Positions 29,203-38,408 are shown, counted from the first letter of the stretch. The stretch: 64,000 bases of DNA from Planctomycetota bacterium (GCA_029550525.1 JAKPHF010000046.1:171796-235795), one strand, 5' to 3'. Numbers and translations: made by a program. Notes: generated by a model from the letters alone, not told the origin.

Positions 29203-30786
29203 ATGAGCGTTACCATGGTCGACAAGGTCCGCGCGGCGGAAACGCTGCCGTCACTCCCGGGGGTTGCCGTCGAGATCCTGGAGCTCACCCGTAGCGAGAC
29301 GGCCTCAGTGAGCGATATCGCCCGCGTGATCGAGCACGACCCCGCCCTCACGAGCAAGATCCTGAAGGTCGCCAACTCCGCGCTGTTTGGTATGGCCCGC
29401 CAGGTCTCCTCCGTGCATCAGGCCATCGTCATCCTCGGCCTGCGAACGGTGAAAGTGATGGCCCTCACGTTCTCGCTCGTCGAGGCGGTCCAGGACGACC
29501 GGCCCGGCGGGTTTGATTATCAGTCGTTCTGGCGGCGATCGCTGACCAGCGCTGTGGCCGGCCGCGTGCTCGCCGGCCACGTCCGATCGCCGCGCGCCGA
29601 GGAGATCTTCATCGGAGCTCTGCTCAGCGACATTGGCATGCTCGCCGCGTTCCATGCCGACAAGGCCACCTATCGCCAAGTTCTGGCCGATCATCAATCC
29701 AGCCTCGAACCCATTCAGGTGTTGGAGCAACGGCATCTGGGCGCTACCCATGCCGAGTTTTCCGGTCAACTGCTTGACGCCTGGGGATTGCCCGCGGAAC
29801 TCGTCCGTGCCATCACGCATCACCACCAGGATCCCCGACAGTTGTACCGGCCCGATTCGCCGGCCGACGAACTCGACCGGGCGGTCGCGGCGGCCGCGCT
29901 CATCGCCGATCTGTTCTGCGCGGCCGACGGACCGGCTCGCCTGGACGACGTTCGCACGCACGTTCCCCGGCTCCTGCCCATCTCCGAGGACGATTTGGAA
30001 CAGGTCCTCAAAGACCTGCAGGTGCAGGTCCAGGAAACCGCTTCCAAGTGGGCGATCGACATCGGCGCGGCGCGCTCGTACAAGGAAATCCAGGCCGAAG
30101 CCGTCGTGCAATTGGCCAGGCTCACCATGGCCGCGGAGTTGGAGCGGGCCCATCTGGCTGCCCGCGAACAGGAACTCCATACGCAGAATCGGACGCTCGC
30201 CCGCAAGGCCACTACTGACGGCCTCACCGGCATCGCCAATCGCATCGCCTTTGAAGAGCATCTGGCCAAGGTCTGCACCACGGCCCGGGCTCACGGACAT
30301 GCGATCGGCATGCTGCTGCTCGACATTGATCGGTTCAAGAAGCTCAACGACACGTTCGGGCACCAGGCCGGCGATGCCGCATTGCGATGCGTGGGTGAAT
30401 ACCTTCAGCGCCTGAATGACACGCGGCGCCTGGCCGCTCGCTACGGCGGCGAGGAATTCGCCGTCGTTGTGGTCGATCCTGCCCCCGACGAACTACGCTG
30501 CCTCGCCGAGCAAATCCGCCTTGAAATCCAGCAGAGTCGCATTTTCTGCCACGATCAACAGATCCGCATCACCGTGAGCATCGGCGGCGCCGTACTCGAC
30601 CCGGCTTGTCCGGAGCTCGAGCCTGCAGACTTGATCGCCCGGGCCGACAAGTGCCTGTACAGGGCCAAGCAAACCGGTCGAAATCGGGCCATCTGCGATG
30701 AGACGGCACATCCGTCGGTCAGGCCGGGCCATGTGTGCCACGGGACCGCATTCAAAAGAGAATCAGCGGGACGAAAAACAGCGTGA
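29203..30786 (+). CDS. HDOD domain / GGDEF diguanylate cyclase signalling protein
   Basis: Internal ATG at 29203. HDOD-like N-terminus (LPSLPGVAVEILELT...HDPALTSKILKVANSALFG...LGLRTVKVMAL). C-terminal GGDEF domain (DGLTGIANR, DIDRFKKLND, active site GGEEF). Confidence 0.85.
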   Translation: MSVTMVDKVRAAETLPSLPGVAVEILELTRSETASVSDIARVIEHDPALTSKILKVANSALFGMARQVSSVHQAIVILGLRTVKVMALTFSLVEAVQDDRPGGFDYQSFWRRSLTSAVAGRVLAGHVRSPRAEEIFIGALLSDIGMLAAFHADKATYRQVLADHQSSLEPIQVLEQRHLGATHAEFSGQLLDAWGLPAELVRAITHHHQDPRQLYRPDSPADELDRAVAAAALIADLFCAADGPARLDDVRTHVPRLLPISEDDLEQVLKDLQVQVQETASKWAIDIGAARSYKEIQAEAVVQLARLTMAAELERAHLAAREQELHTQNRTLARKATTDGLTGIANRIAFEEHLAKVCTTARAHGHAIGMLLLDIDRFKKLNDTFGHQAGDAALRCVGEYLQRLNDTRRLAARYGGEEFAVVVVDPAPDELRCLAEQIRLEIQQSRIFCHDQQIRITVSIGGAVLDPACPELEPADLIARADKCLYRAKQTGRNRAICDETAHPSVRPGHVCHGTAFKRESAGRKTA

Positions 30787-31240
30787 GAGCCAGGAACATG
30801 GTCAGCAGGCCCAACGCGATGTTCGGCGGTGGATCGCCCATGAATGAACGCGCCCAGGAAGGAATGCGCCGGACGTTGAGCACCTGCGAGCCGAGCACGA
30901 GGGCCATGAGCGCGGCGATCATGACCAGGATCCAGACGAAACCCGTGAGGTACGTACTGCCGACCAGTTTGGCGAAGCCCAGGGCAAACCAGCTCGACAA
31001 GGCGATGATCAACCCGGTCATGGCATCCTGGTTGGCGTGACGAAGCCGCAGCGTCATGCCCCAAATACGCCGCACGCGCTGCCGAACCTCGCGCCAGGTG
31101 AATGGTGTCCCGCACTCGGGGCAGCGCTGCTCGGAAAGACCGGTCAGGTTGTAGGCGCACTTCCGGCACGTAGGGGGCAGCGGATAGCGCCACTCGTCCG
31201 TGGGACGAAGTCGCTCGAGCTCTTCCCAAGTCATGCTCAT
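30752..31240 (-). CDS. Zinc-ribbon membrane protein, function unknown
   Basis: N-terminal CRKC...x13...CPECG zinc ribbon followed by 3-4 TM helices. Its 3' end overlaps the convergent GGDEF gene by 35 nt. Confidence 0.6.
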   Translation of the reverse strand: MSMTWEELERLRPTDEWRYPLPPTCRKCAYNLTGLSEQRCPECGTPFTWREVRQRVRRIWGMTLRLRHANQDAMTGLIIALSSWFALGFAKLVGSTYLTGFVWILVMIAALMALVLGSQVLNVRRIPSWARSFMGDPPPNIALGLLTMFLALTLFFVPLILF

Positions 31241-31250
31241 GATGTGCGAC

Positions 31251-32330
31251 CTATCGCGGCACGGAAGTCTTGAATTGCCGGGCCGCCTTCTCCACGTCGT
31301 CGGCCGAGATCACCGCCGAACACACGCACACGCAGCGGCAGCCGGCCTGATACAGTATACCGGCGTTTTCGGGAACAATCCCGCCGATGGGAACAATCGG
31401 AATCCCGGTCCGCGCGGTAGCGTAAGCCGCCAAATCGGGGCCGGGCACATGGTCCTGCGGTTTGGTGGATGATTGAAACATCGGGCCGACCGCGATGTAG
31501 TCCGGCCCCGAGGCCACCGCGGCGTCGAACTGCTCGCGGTTGTGCGTGCTGACGCCGATGAGCCGATCCGGCCCCAGAATCCGCCGGGCATCGACCATGG
31601 GCATATCGGTCTGGCCCAAGTGGACGCCGTCGGCATCGGCGAGACGGGCGATGTCCGGCCGATCGTTCACGATGAACAGCACATCGTGCTCGCGGCACAG
31701 CTCGCGCAGCCGGCGGGCGCGACTCAGCAACTCGCCGTCGTCGAGGTTCTTTTCGCGCAACTGCAGACAGTCCGCGCCGCCGGCAATAGCCGCGCGCGCC
31801 ACGGACAGCCAATCGTCCCGACACAGCGACTCGGTCACCAGAACGTAAAGTTGCACACGGGCAAAGCGGGCCGATCGATCGCCTCGCATCATCATCCGCT
31901 GCTCGAGATCGTACGCCCGGTATCGCAACGCCTCGATCTCGGCCGCCACGGCAGCGTCGAGCGTCTTGCCGTATTCCTCCAGCGTTCGCAGCGCTTCGGG
32001 CAACCGCTTCAAGGCCGCGACGCAGACGTCGCGAGCATCGGCGCGATGCTGCTCGGACTCCGTGACAATGTGCGTGCCCACGTCCCCCGGCGTGTCGCGG
32101 GCGGCCAGGAGCGCGTCAGCCAGTCGCTCCGCGGATGCATCACCCCAGGCCGCGTGGACGCTTCCCGCCAACCGGCGGATACATCCGGCCAGATCGTGCC
32201 GCAGGTGCTTGACTCGCTCACATCCGACCGGATCGTCCTGGACAAACCGCGCGTAGTCTTCGATGACTCGCAACGCCTCGCGAGCCCGGTTGAAATTGGC
32301 GTCCAGTATTCGAGCGACCGGTTCGTTCAT
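31251..32330 (-). CDS. thiE: Thiamine-phosphate synthase (ThiE) with an N-terminal extension of about 140 aa
   Basis: The C-terminal ~210 aa match ThiE (LYVLVTE, LQLREK, FIVNDRPDIA, DGVHLGQTD, IGVSTH, DYIAVGPMF.S.TK, IPIVPIGGI). The N-terminal domain (ARILDANFNRAREALRVIEDYARF) has unknown function. Confidence 0.85.
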   Translation of the reverse strand: MNEPVARILDANFNRAREALRVIEDYARFVQDDPVGCERVKHLRHDLAGCIRRLAGSVHAAWGDASAERLADALLAARDTPGDVGTHIVTESEQHRADARDVCVAALKRLPEALRTLEEYGKTLDAAVAAEIEALRYRAYDLEQRMMMRGDRSARFARVQLYVLVTESLCRDDWLSVARAAIAGGADCLQLREKNLDDGELLSRARRLRELCREHDVLFIVNDRPDIARLADADGVHLGQTDMPMVDARRILGPDRLIGVSTHNREQFDAAVASGPDYIAVGPMFQSSTKPQDHVPGPDLAAYATARTGIPIVPIGGIVPENAGILYQAGCRCVCVCSAVISADDVEKAARQFKTSVPR

Positions 32331-32331
32331 T

Positions 32332-32359
32332 GATGAGCTATGAGCTGTGAGCTATGAGC
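32332..32359. repeat. AGCT-core heptamer array x4, ending 1 nt upstream of the thiE start codon
   Basis: GATGAGC TATGAGC TGTGAGC TATGAGC on the plus strand. It occupies the position where a thiE SD would be expected. Confidence 0.85.
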
Positions 32360-32461
32360 CAGACATTGGACGCACATCCGAGAATTTATGGCGTGCGCAA
32401 TTAAAACGAACTCGATCGTACACGAAACACGCACCATCCGGCGAGTGGCTGAGATCCGATG

Positions 32462-32517
32462 GCTGACAGCTGAGAGCTCATAGCTGATAGCTGATAGCTG
32501 ATAGCTGACAGCTTCAA
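32462..32517. repeat. AGCT-core heptamer array x8 overlapping the ribBA stop codon
   Basis: GCTGACA GCTGAGA GCTCATA GCTGATA GCTGATA GCTGATA GCTGACA GCTTCAA. The ribBA stop (32514-32516) lies in the last unit. GCTCATAGCT is complementary to AGCTATGAGC in the 32332 array. Confidence 0.9.
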
Positions 32518-33743
32518 TCCAACAAATGCCCCATCTTCTCCTTCTTGGTCTGGAGATAGCGCCGATTCACCTCGTTCGGCGGAATTTTGATGGGCACCTG
32601 TTTGACGATTTCGATCCCGTACAACGAGAGTCGATGCACCTTCTTGGGATTGTTGGTCAGGATCTCCAGCCGTCGCAGCCCCAGGTCGCGGAGAATCTGC
32701 GCCCCGATGCCGTAATCCCGCTTGTCGGGCGGAAAACCGAGCTTCTCGTTCGCCTCCACCGTGTCCAGCCCCTGGTCCTGAAGCAGGTAAGCCTTGATCT
32801 TGTTGTGCAGCCCGATGCCGCGCCCTTCCTGGCGGAGGTAGACGATGGCCCCCTTGCCCGCTTGCTGAACGAGTCGCATGGCCGTGTGCAACTGGCTGCC
32901 GCAGTCGCAACGCATCGAACCGAACAGATCGCCCGTAATGCACTCCGAGTGCACCCGCACGAGGACCGGCTCTTCGTGCACGATGGGCTGGCCGTTGGGC
33001 TGTCGCTCGCCCACACCGCCGCAACACAGCGCCAGGTGCAGGTCGGGCTCAACCAGCGACTTGTACGCGTGCATGGTGAACGGGCCGAACTCCGTCGGCA
33101 GCTGAACCGTCCCCACCCGCTCCACGAGCGACTCGCGCTGCTCGCGGTACTCGATGAGCGAGGCGATCGTGCACATCTTGATCTGGTGCTTGGCGCAGAA
33201 CCGTTCCAGATCGGGCACGCGAGCCATCGTGCCGTCCTCATTCATGATCTCGATGAGCGCCCCCACCGGCCGCAGCCCGGCCAGCCGCAGCAGGTCCACC
33301 GTCCCTTCGGTCTGCCCCGCCCGCACGAGCACGCCTCCATCGCGGGCCATCAGCGGGTTCACATGGCCCGGACGCAGGAAGTCGTCCGGCTGGGCCATGG
33401 GATCGGCCAGGCGGCGAATGGTGGTCGCCCGATCGAACGCGGACACGCCCGTGGTCACGCCGAACTGCGGCGCGGCGTCGATGGTTACCGTGAACGCCGT
33501 CCCCAGTTGAGCCGTGTTCTCGTGCGTCTGCGAGTGCAACTCGAGGTGCCGGCATATCTGCCGCGGCATGGCCACGCACAGAACGCCCCGCGCGACGGTC
33601 AGCATGAAGTTGACCATCTCCGGCGTGATGAATTCGGCGGCGCAGATCAGGTCGCCCTCGTTCTCCCGGCGTTCGTCGTCGACGAGGACGACGAACCGGC
33701 CGGCGCGAAGTTCGGACAGCGCTTCGTCAATGGTGCAGAACAC
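32514..33743 (-). CDS. ribBA: Bifunctional 3,4-dihydroxy-2-butanone-4-phosphate synthase / GTP cyclohydrolase II
   Basis: RibB motifs (VVLVDDERRENEGDLI, RAGQTEG) and RibA motifs (VRVHSECITGD, CDCGSQL, GRGIGL). Start placed at the GTG 33743, 9 nt after AGGA. The longest ORF extends to a GTG at 33797. Confidence 0.9.
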   Translation of the reverse strand: MFCTIDEALSELRAGRFVVLVDDERRENEGDLICAAEFITPEMVNFMLTVARGVLCVAMPRQICRHLELHSQTHENTAQLGTAFTVTIDAAPQFGVTTGVSAFDRATTIRRLADPMAQPDDFLRPGHVNPLMARDGGVLVRAGQTEGTVDLLRLAGLRPVGALIEIMNEDGTMARVPDLERFCAKHQIKMCTIASLIEYREQRESLVERVGTVQLPTEFGPFTMHAYKSLVEPDLHLALCCGGVGERQPNGQPIVHEEPVLVRVHSECITGDLFGSMRCDCGSQLHTAMRLVQQAGKGAIVYLRQEGRGIGLHNKIKAYLLQDQGLDTVEANEKLGFPPDKRDYGIGAQILRDLGLRRLEILTNNPKKVHRLSLYGIEIVKQVPIKIPPNEVNRRYLQTKKEKMGHLLD

Positions 33744-34090
33744 TCTATGAATCCTCGCTTGTGGCGGGCTCTCCCGCGGGCCGATCGGCAGCCCCACAGT
33801 GGATTACGCTAGGGTCCAATCCGGGCGTGCTGAGGTCTGCAAGACCCGCGGTCGGGCCGAGGCGGAGAGAGCACACGTGGGCATTGTAACCCATTCCGCC
33901 CCGCGCCGGAACTGCCCGGGCCTCCGGCCACCGAAAGACAGACCGCCGAGTGGCGGTCGCCGGGTGACAGGCCAGCGGGTGGCGGACGCGCCCCGCCATC
34001 GCTACCATGAAAATTGAGGGGCCCTCCGCCGCTGTCGCGGTCACCGGGGCGGCTGGCTCCAACTCTGTCTCCCGAAAGGAATTTACGACC

Positions 34091-35395
34091 ATGCACCTGC
34101 CGAGGTTGGCGCTGCGGCCGGCGTTTTGTCTTCTTTCTTGCGCGGCATTCCTGGTTTTGGTCATTGGGTGTCCTCCCGCCGACGATTCCGACGGCGACGG
34201 CGTGCCCAACTCCATCGACAACTGCCCGCTGGCCCCCAATCCCGACCAGGCTGACGTGAACGGCAACGGACTGGGCGATGCATGCGATCCCGAGACGCTG
34301 GACAGCGACGCGGACGGCATCGTGGACGCCGCCGACAACTGCCCGGCCGCTTTCAACCCCAACCAGGTGGATTCGGACAATGACGGGTTGGGCGACGCTT
34401 GCGACCCCGACCTGATCGATTCCGACGGCGACGGATACGTGGACGCCCTGGACAACTGCCCCAGTGTGGCCAATCCGACGCAGGCCGACATCGACAACGA
34501 CGGCATCGGCGACGCCTGCGATTCAGACTTCGTGGACACCGACAACGACGGCATCATGGACTCGCTCGACAACTGCCCCACGGTCGCCAATCCCAACCAG
34601 GCTGACGCCGACAACGATGGCGTGGGCGACGCGTGCGATCCCGACCTGATCGACACCGACGGCGACGGCGTCGTCGACGCCCTCGACAACTGCCCCACCG
34701 TGGCCAATCCCACACAAACCGACGCTGACGGCGACGATGTCGGTAACGCCTGCGACAATTGCCCCACCGTCTTTAACCCGACGCAAGCCGACGCCGACAA
34801 CGACGGCATCGGCGACGCCTGCGACGCCGTCACGGGAACCGACACGGACGGCGACGGAGTCCCTGACGCCACGGACAACTGTCCCAATGTCGCCAACGCG
34901 AATCAGCTGGACACGGACGGCGATGGCCGCGGCAACGCCTGCGACAATTGCCCTACCGTCGCCAACGCCAACCAGCAGGATACCGACGGCGACGGTGTTG
35001 GAGACGTTTGCGACAACTGTCCCACCGTCGCCAACCCCAATCAGGCGGATACCAACCAGAACGGCATCGGCGATGCCTGCGAAAGCGGAACGGTGCTGGT
35101 CAACCTGCCCAACGCTCCCAGTGCACCGAACGCAACTTTTACGCCCAGCGCCGTCGGGCGGCTGATCACCATCATCGTCAGGACCACACCTCCGGTCGGC
35201 CAAGTGCAAATTGTGGTCACGAATTTCCAGAACGGCCCTGAACAGACGGTCGCGCAGCTGTTGACGCCGACCTCTCCCGGCTTCTCGACGCTGTCGTTCA
35301 GAAGCACGGCCGCCATCGTGCACAATGTCAGGACCAACGAGTTGGTCGGCGGCTTCCCGCCGAGCCAATATCAACTGATCGTCACCGAGCAGTAA
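34091..35395 (+). CDS. Lipoprotein made of ~13 thrombospondin type-3 (Ca-binding) repeats plus a C-terminal beta-rich domain
   Basis: ATG at 34091 follows GAAAGGAA. Signal with lipobox AFLVLVIGC. Tandem units D.DGDG..D..DNCP.V.NP.Q.D.D.DG.GD.CD. Confidence 0.85.
   Translation: MHLPRLALRPAFCLLSCAAFLVLVIGCPPADDSDGDGVPNSIDNCPLAPNPDQADVNGNGLGDACDPETLDSDADGIVDAADNCPAAFNPNQVDSDNDGLGDACDPDLIDSDGDGYVDALDNCPSVANPTQADIDNDGIGDACDSDFVDTDNDGIMDSLDNCPTVANPNQADADNDGVGDACDPDLIDTDGDGVVDALDNCPTVANPTQTDADGDDVGNACDNCPTVFNPTQADADNDGIGDACDAVTGTDTDGDGVPDATDNCPNVANANQLDTDGDGRGNACDNCPTVANANQQDTDGDGVGDVCDNCPTVANPNQADTNQNGIGDACESGTVLVNLPNAPSAPNATFTPSAVGRLITIIVRTTPPVGQVQIVVTNFQNGPEQTVAQLLTPTSPGFSTLSFRSTAAIVHNVRTNELVGGFPPSQYQLIVTEQ
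34181..35080 (+). repeat. Intragenic tandem repeats encoding TSP3 units (~69-72 nt period)
   Basis: Recurrent GACAACTGCCC...AACCC..CAGGC.GAC...GACGGC.TCGGCGACGC.TGCGA blocks throughout the gene. Confidence 0.8.
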
Positions 35396-35403
35396 CCCCA
35401 GCC

Positions 35404-35428
35404 GGGGGGCGGGCGTCTCGCCCGCCTC
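35404..35428. repeat. 25-nt GC hairpin element, copy 1 (REP-like, 9 nt after the stop of the TSP3 lipoprotein gene)
   Basis: GGGGGGCGGGCGTCTCGCCCGCCTC, with stem GGCGGGCG/CGCCCGCC and loop TCT. Identical to 61302-61326. Confidence 0.85.
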
Positions 35429-35536
35429 TGGAGGTCTCGGGCCCGATCGTCCATAGGAACAACAGCACCGAGTCGATTGCGCGCGTTCGGCCGAAGGAGT
35501 CCGCGCGTCAGGCGAGCAGGATGCCCGCCCCCTCCG

Positions 35537-35557
35537 GCTCAAAGCTCATAGCTACAA
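35537..35557. repeat. AGCT-core heptamer array x3 next to a minus-strand terminator
   Basis: GCTCAAA GCTCATA GCTACAA, 5 nt from the 35563-35598 hairpin. Confidence 0.7.
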
Positions 35558-35562
35558 ACAAA

Positions 35563-35598
35563 GAATCCGCCGGCGCCTTCATAGACGCCGGCGGATTC
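35563..35598 (-). terminator. Strong hairpin with a U-rich tail on the minus strand only
   Basis: 13-bp perfect stem GAATCCGCCGGCG / CGCCGGCGGATTC with a 10-nt loop. On the minus strand it is followed by TTTGTTTG; on the plus strand by CATGCGGG. Confidence 0.6.
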
Positions 35599-36098
35599 CA
35601 TGCGGGCTCACGCCCACACGGCCCGTCACAGGTCCGATGGAGGCAGACCCGTCCCCGACTGCTTCCCATTGAGCCGATGGCCAAACCGCCATACGCCGAA
35701 AGACTCGCCCGGCCGTCGCGCTTGGCACGGGGGATCGATCCGGCCAGTCGGACCGCGCCAATGGAGGCACATGTTATCGCAGACGGAGGCCGTTTTCACC
35801 GGGCGGTCCTACGAAGATAAGGTCGGTGGAGCCGCTGAGATGAACCGGGGAGATTGCCGACGCTGGCGCAGGGTCGGCCGACCGAATGAAGCGTGCCACA
35901 AGCACGAAGCGTGTCAGAATGAATTTCCGCGCTGAATGAGACTTCAGCCGGTTGACCCGGCGACCGGTCCGGCTCATGATGGCGATGCGGACGGCAACCG
36001 CGGCAGTCTTCGCGCAGACCACGCGGAATCGGCGTAGCCGCTTGTGTCCATGAGATTATGCGATCCTTGGGAACCGGCCGGCACGCCGGGCGTCTAAC

Positions 36099-36701
36099 AT
36101 GGCAGATAAATCGGCAACCATGCCCGCCAGTCCCATTGCCCTGGAAGACGCTGCCGCCGTGCGCCAGGTGCAGGACGGCGACATGGGAGCGTTCAGCCGG
36201 CTCGTCGCCAAGTACCAGGACCGGGTCGTGAACATCTGCTGGCGAGTGTGCGGTAACCTCGAGGACGCTCAGGATCTGGCCCAGGAGACGTTCCTGCAAG
36301 CCCTGCAGAAGATCGGCTCGTACCGGTTTGCGGCGAGCTTTTACACGTGGTTGTTTCGCATCGCCGTGAACCAAGCGTTGTCACATCGACGCAAGAGCAG
36401 GAGAATCACTTTGTCGCTGCACGACGGCGATGGCGAATGGCCGGAAGGCGCAGCCGAGGGCCGGACGCCCGCCGACGAGGAACCGCTGGCCCGCCTGGCA
36501 GCACGCGAATTACAGCAGCGGCTGCTCAGGGGCCTGGACAGCCTCGATGATGATTATCGGGCCATCATCGTCCTGCGAGACATTGAATCGCTCGACTATC
36601 AGGAGATCGCCGAGATATTGGAGATCAGCGTGGGCACAGTGAAGTCCCGACTGCACCGGGCTCGGATGGCTTTGCGGGAAAAGATCAAAGCGACGGACTG
36701 A
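36099..36701 (+). CDS. ECF (sigma-70 family, group 4) RNA polymerase sigma factor
   Basis: Region 2 (DAQDLAQETFLQAL...FYTWLFRIAVNQAL) and region 4 (DDYRAIIVLRDIESLDYQEIAEILEISVGTVKSRLHRAR). Confidence 0.9.
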   Translation: MADKSATMPASPIALEDAAAVRQVQDGDMGAFSRLVAKYQDRVVNICWRVCGNLEDAQDLAQETFLQALQKIGSYRFAASFYTWLFRIAVNQALSHRRKSRRITLSLHDGDGEWPEGAAEGRTPADEEPLARLAARELQQRLLRGLDSLDDDYRAIIVLRDIESLDYQEIAEILEISVGTVKSRLHRARMALREKIKATD

Positions 36702-36741
36702 GAACCGCCGCCGACCTTGCTTCTGTGGCTTCTGTGACATC

Positions 36742-38325
36742 ATGAAACAGCGTCCTGAACAGTTCGAAGCCGATCTGTCGGCTTATCTCGACAACGAGCT
36801 GTCGCCCGCGCAGCGCGACCGTGTCGAAGCCGTGCTGTCTCGGGATCCGGCGGCCCGTGCCCTGTTGGCCGATCTGCAAGCGATGCGGTCGGGCCTGCAG
36901 GCCTTGCCGCGAGCACGGGCGAGCGCGGACATGATGGAGGCCATTCGCGCCCGCATGGAACGGGACGCGCTGTTGGGGCCGGCACCCGCCGTCACTCGCC
37001 GGCAGACGGGATCATTCGGGTCGGCTACCCGCTGGGCTGCCGCCGCCAGCATCGTCCTGGCCGTATCGCTCGGCGGCTACTTGTTGTGGAACTCGAGTCA
37101 GCCGGAGGCCCTCCGCGAGAATCGCGAGCTGGCTTTGTCAAATGCACCGGATGCATCGGGTGGTCATCTCGCCGATGACAGCGCTACCGTGTCGGCAACC
37201 GATCGGGCAGCACGCTGGCAATATGAATCGGCCGACGCCGAAGAGTCCGGCCGTTTGGCGCAATCGCAAGAGCGTCGGGAGGATGTGGGTCTGTTCGGCG
37301 TGCCCTTCCAGCCGCCCGCCGCTTCGCCGAGTACGCCGGCGGCCGCTCCGCCGCCTCTTGCCCTCACGTCGCCCCACGAAGCTGCTGACGGACTGACAGT
37401 CGCCGACCGTGCGACCGAGCAGAACGGCGTAACCGAGCAGGATCGAGAGCGCATCTACCTCGACCTGACCCGCGAACGTGGGATGTCTGCTGTTCCGGGA
37501 CAGCTCCTGCAGTCCGACATCGCGAGCGATCTATCCGACGCCGACGCGCGGGTCGTGACGGTGTCGCTGGCCGACGCAGGCAGCAAGCAATGGCTGCTCG
37601 ATGAGCTCTCCGCGCGTGCCGTGCTCATTCGGCAACTGAAATCCACCGACGGAACCGCAAGATCGCCGGTCGCCCGATCCGCCTCACCGGCGAGCCCCGC
37701 TCAAAAGGCGAGGGCCGCAGACCCCAGCGCTCCGATCGAAGAGACTCCAGAGTACGTCACGGCTCTTCCGTCAGCACCGGAGCAGCAGGTTGCCACAACC
37801 ACCGGTGATGGCGAAGTTGCACCGACCGAACCCGTACGGGCGCGGCGCCGCGAACAGGCAGCCACCGACCTGCTCGTCGTCGTGCCCGACGAGCGGGCTC
37901 GCGATGAGATGCTTGCCCGGCTCAACCAGTCGGCCGCGGCGACGAGCCGTGATGACGACGTCGACGCCGCCGCCGCCGAAGGCGAACCGCAGGCATTGCC
38001 AGTCGAGAGTCAACCGACGGTGCTACGGGCCAACATGCCGGCCGCGGAAATGTCGGTACTCACGCCGCCGGGGCGACCTCGGACCGCCCCGGCCGATATC
38101 GTCCACATTGTGAGACGCTTTGGAGCCGGGCAGATCGTGCGTCTCCACATTCGCGTGCAGGAAGAGCCGACGGACGCGAGACGAGCCACAAGACAGGGCG
38201 ATAAGGCCGCGAGCTCGGCCACTGCTCCGGCCGACATCCTGCCGCTCGATCCATCCGTGCTCGATCTCGGCGGCCGGCGCCGAACCGAAGCCGCCAGTCA
38301 ACCCGCCGCCAGTCAGCCGCGATAA
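36742..38325 (+). CDS. Anti-sigma factor (single-pass membrane protein with a long low-complexity extracytoplasmic region)
   Basis: Lies 40 nt downstream of the ECF sigma. N-terminal anti-sigma-like helix region (LSAYLDNELSPAQRDRVEAVLSRDPAARALLADL). One TM helix (WAAAASIVLAVSLGGYLLW). Confidence 0.75.
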   Translation: MKQRPEQFEADLSAYLDNELSPAQRDRVEAVLSRDPAARALLADLQAMRSGLQALPRARASADMMEAIRARMERDALLGPAPAVTRRQTGSFGSATRWAAAASIVLAVSLGGYLLWNSSQPEALRENRELALSNAPDASGGHLADDSATVSATDRAARWQYESADAEESGRLAQSQERREDVGLFGVPFQPPAASPSTPAAAPPPLALTSPHEAADGLTVADRATEQNGVTEQDRERIYLDLTRERGMSAVPGQLLQSDIASDLSDADARVVTVSLADAGSKQWLLDELSARAVLIRQLKSTDGTARSPVARSASPASPAQKARAADPSAPIEETPEYVTALPSAPEQQVATTTGDGEVAPTEPVRARRREQAATDLLVVVPDERARDEMLARLNQSAAATSRDDDVDAAAAEGEPQALPVESQPTVLRANMPAAEMSVLTPPGRPRTAPADIVHIVRRFGAGQIVRLHIRVQEEPTDARRATRQGDKAASSATAPADILPLDPSVLDLGGRRRTEAASQPAASQPR

Positions 38326-38408
38326 GCGAGCCTTTCTTTAGTGACATTATTGCGACGCCACCATTTGGTGAGACGCGGCCGCTCAGTACGACGAGCAAAC
38401 GCCCACCG

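Noticed and set aside
32331-32513. TPP (THI-box) riboswitch upstream of thiE, suggested by GGCTGAGA at about 32458-32465.
   Set aside because: The CTGAGA is on the wrong strand for thiE and is simply part of a GCTGAGA heptamer unit. The ACCTGATCTGGATAATGCCAGCG-type core is absent on both strands.
33744-34090. FMN (RFN) riboswitch upstream of ribBA.
   Set aside because: Reading the minus strand, I found no GGGTGAAATTCCC / CCGACGGT.AAAGTCCGGATG conserved cores. Only generic GC-rich sequence is present.
35600-36050. RNase P RNA, tmRNA, SRP RNA or a cobalamin riboswitch in the ORF-free gap.
   Set aside because: There is no GGAAAGTCCGGGC / ACAGAA..CGGCTTA (RNase P) and no tRNA-like GGTTCGA..CCACCA end (tmRNA). 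CAGGTCCGATGGAGGCAG only loosely resembles the SRP domain IV motif and lacks a GNRA loop and closing helices. The GGTGAAAA and AGTCGGGGAC..CTGCC pieces deviate from the B12-box, and no downstream gene exists on that strand.
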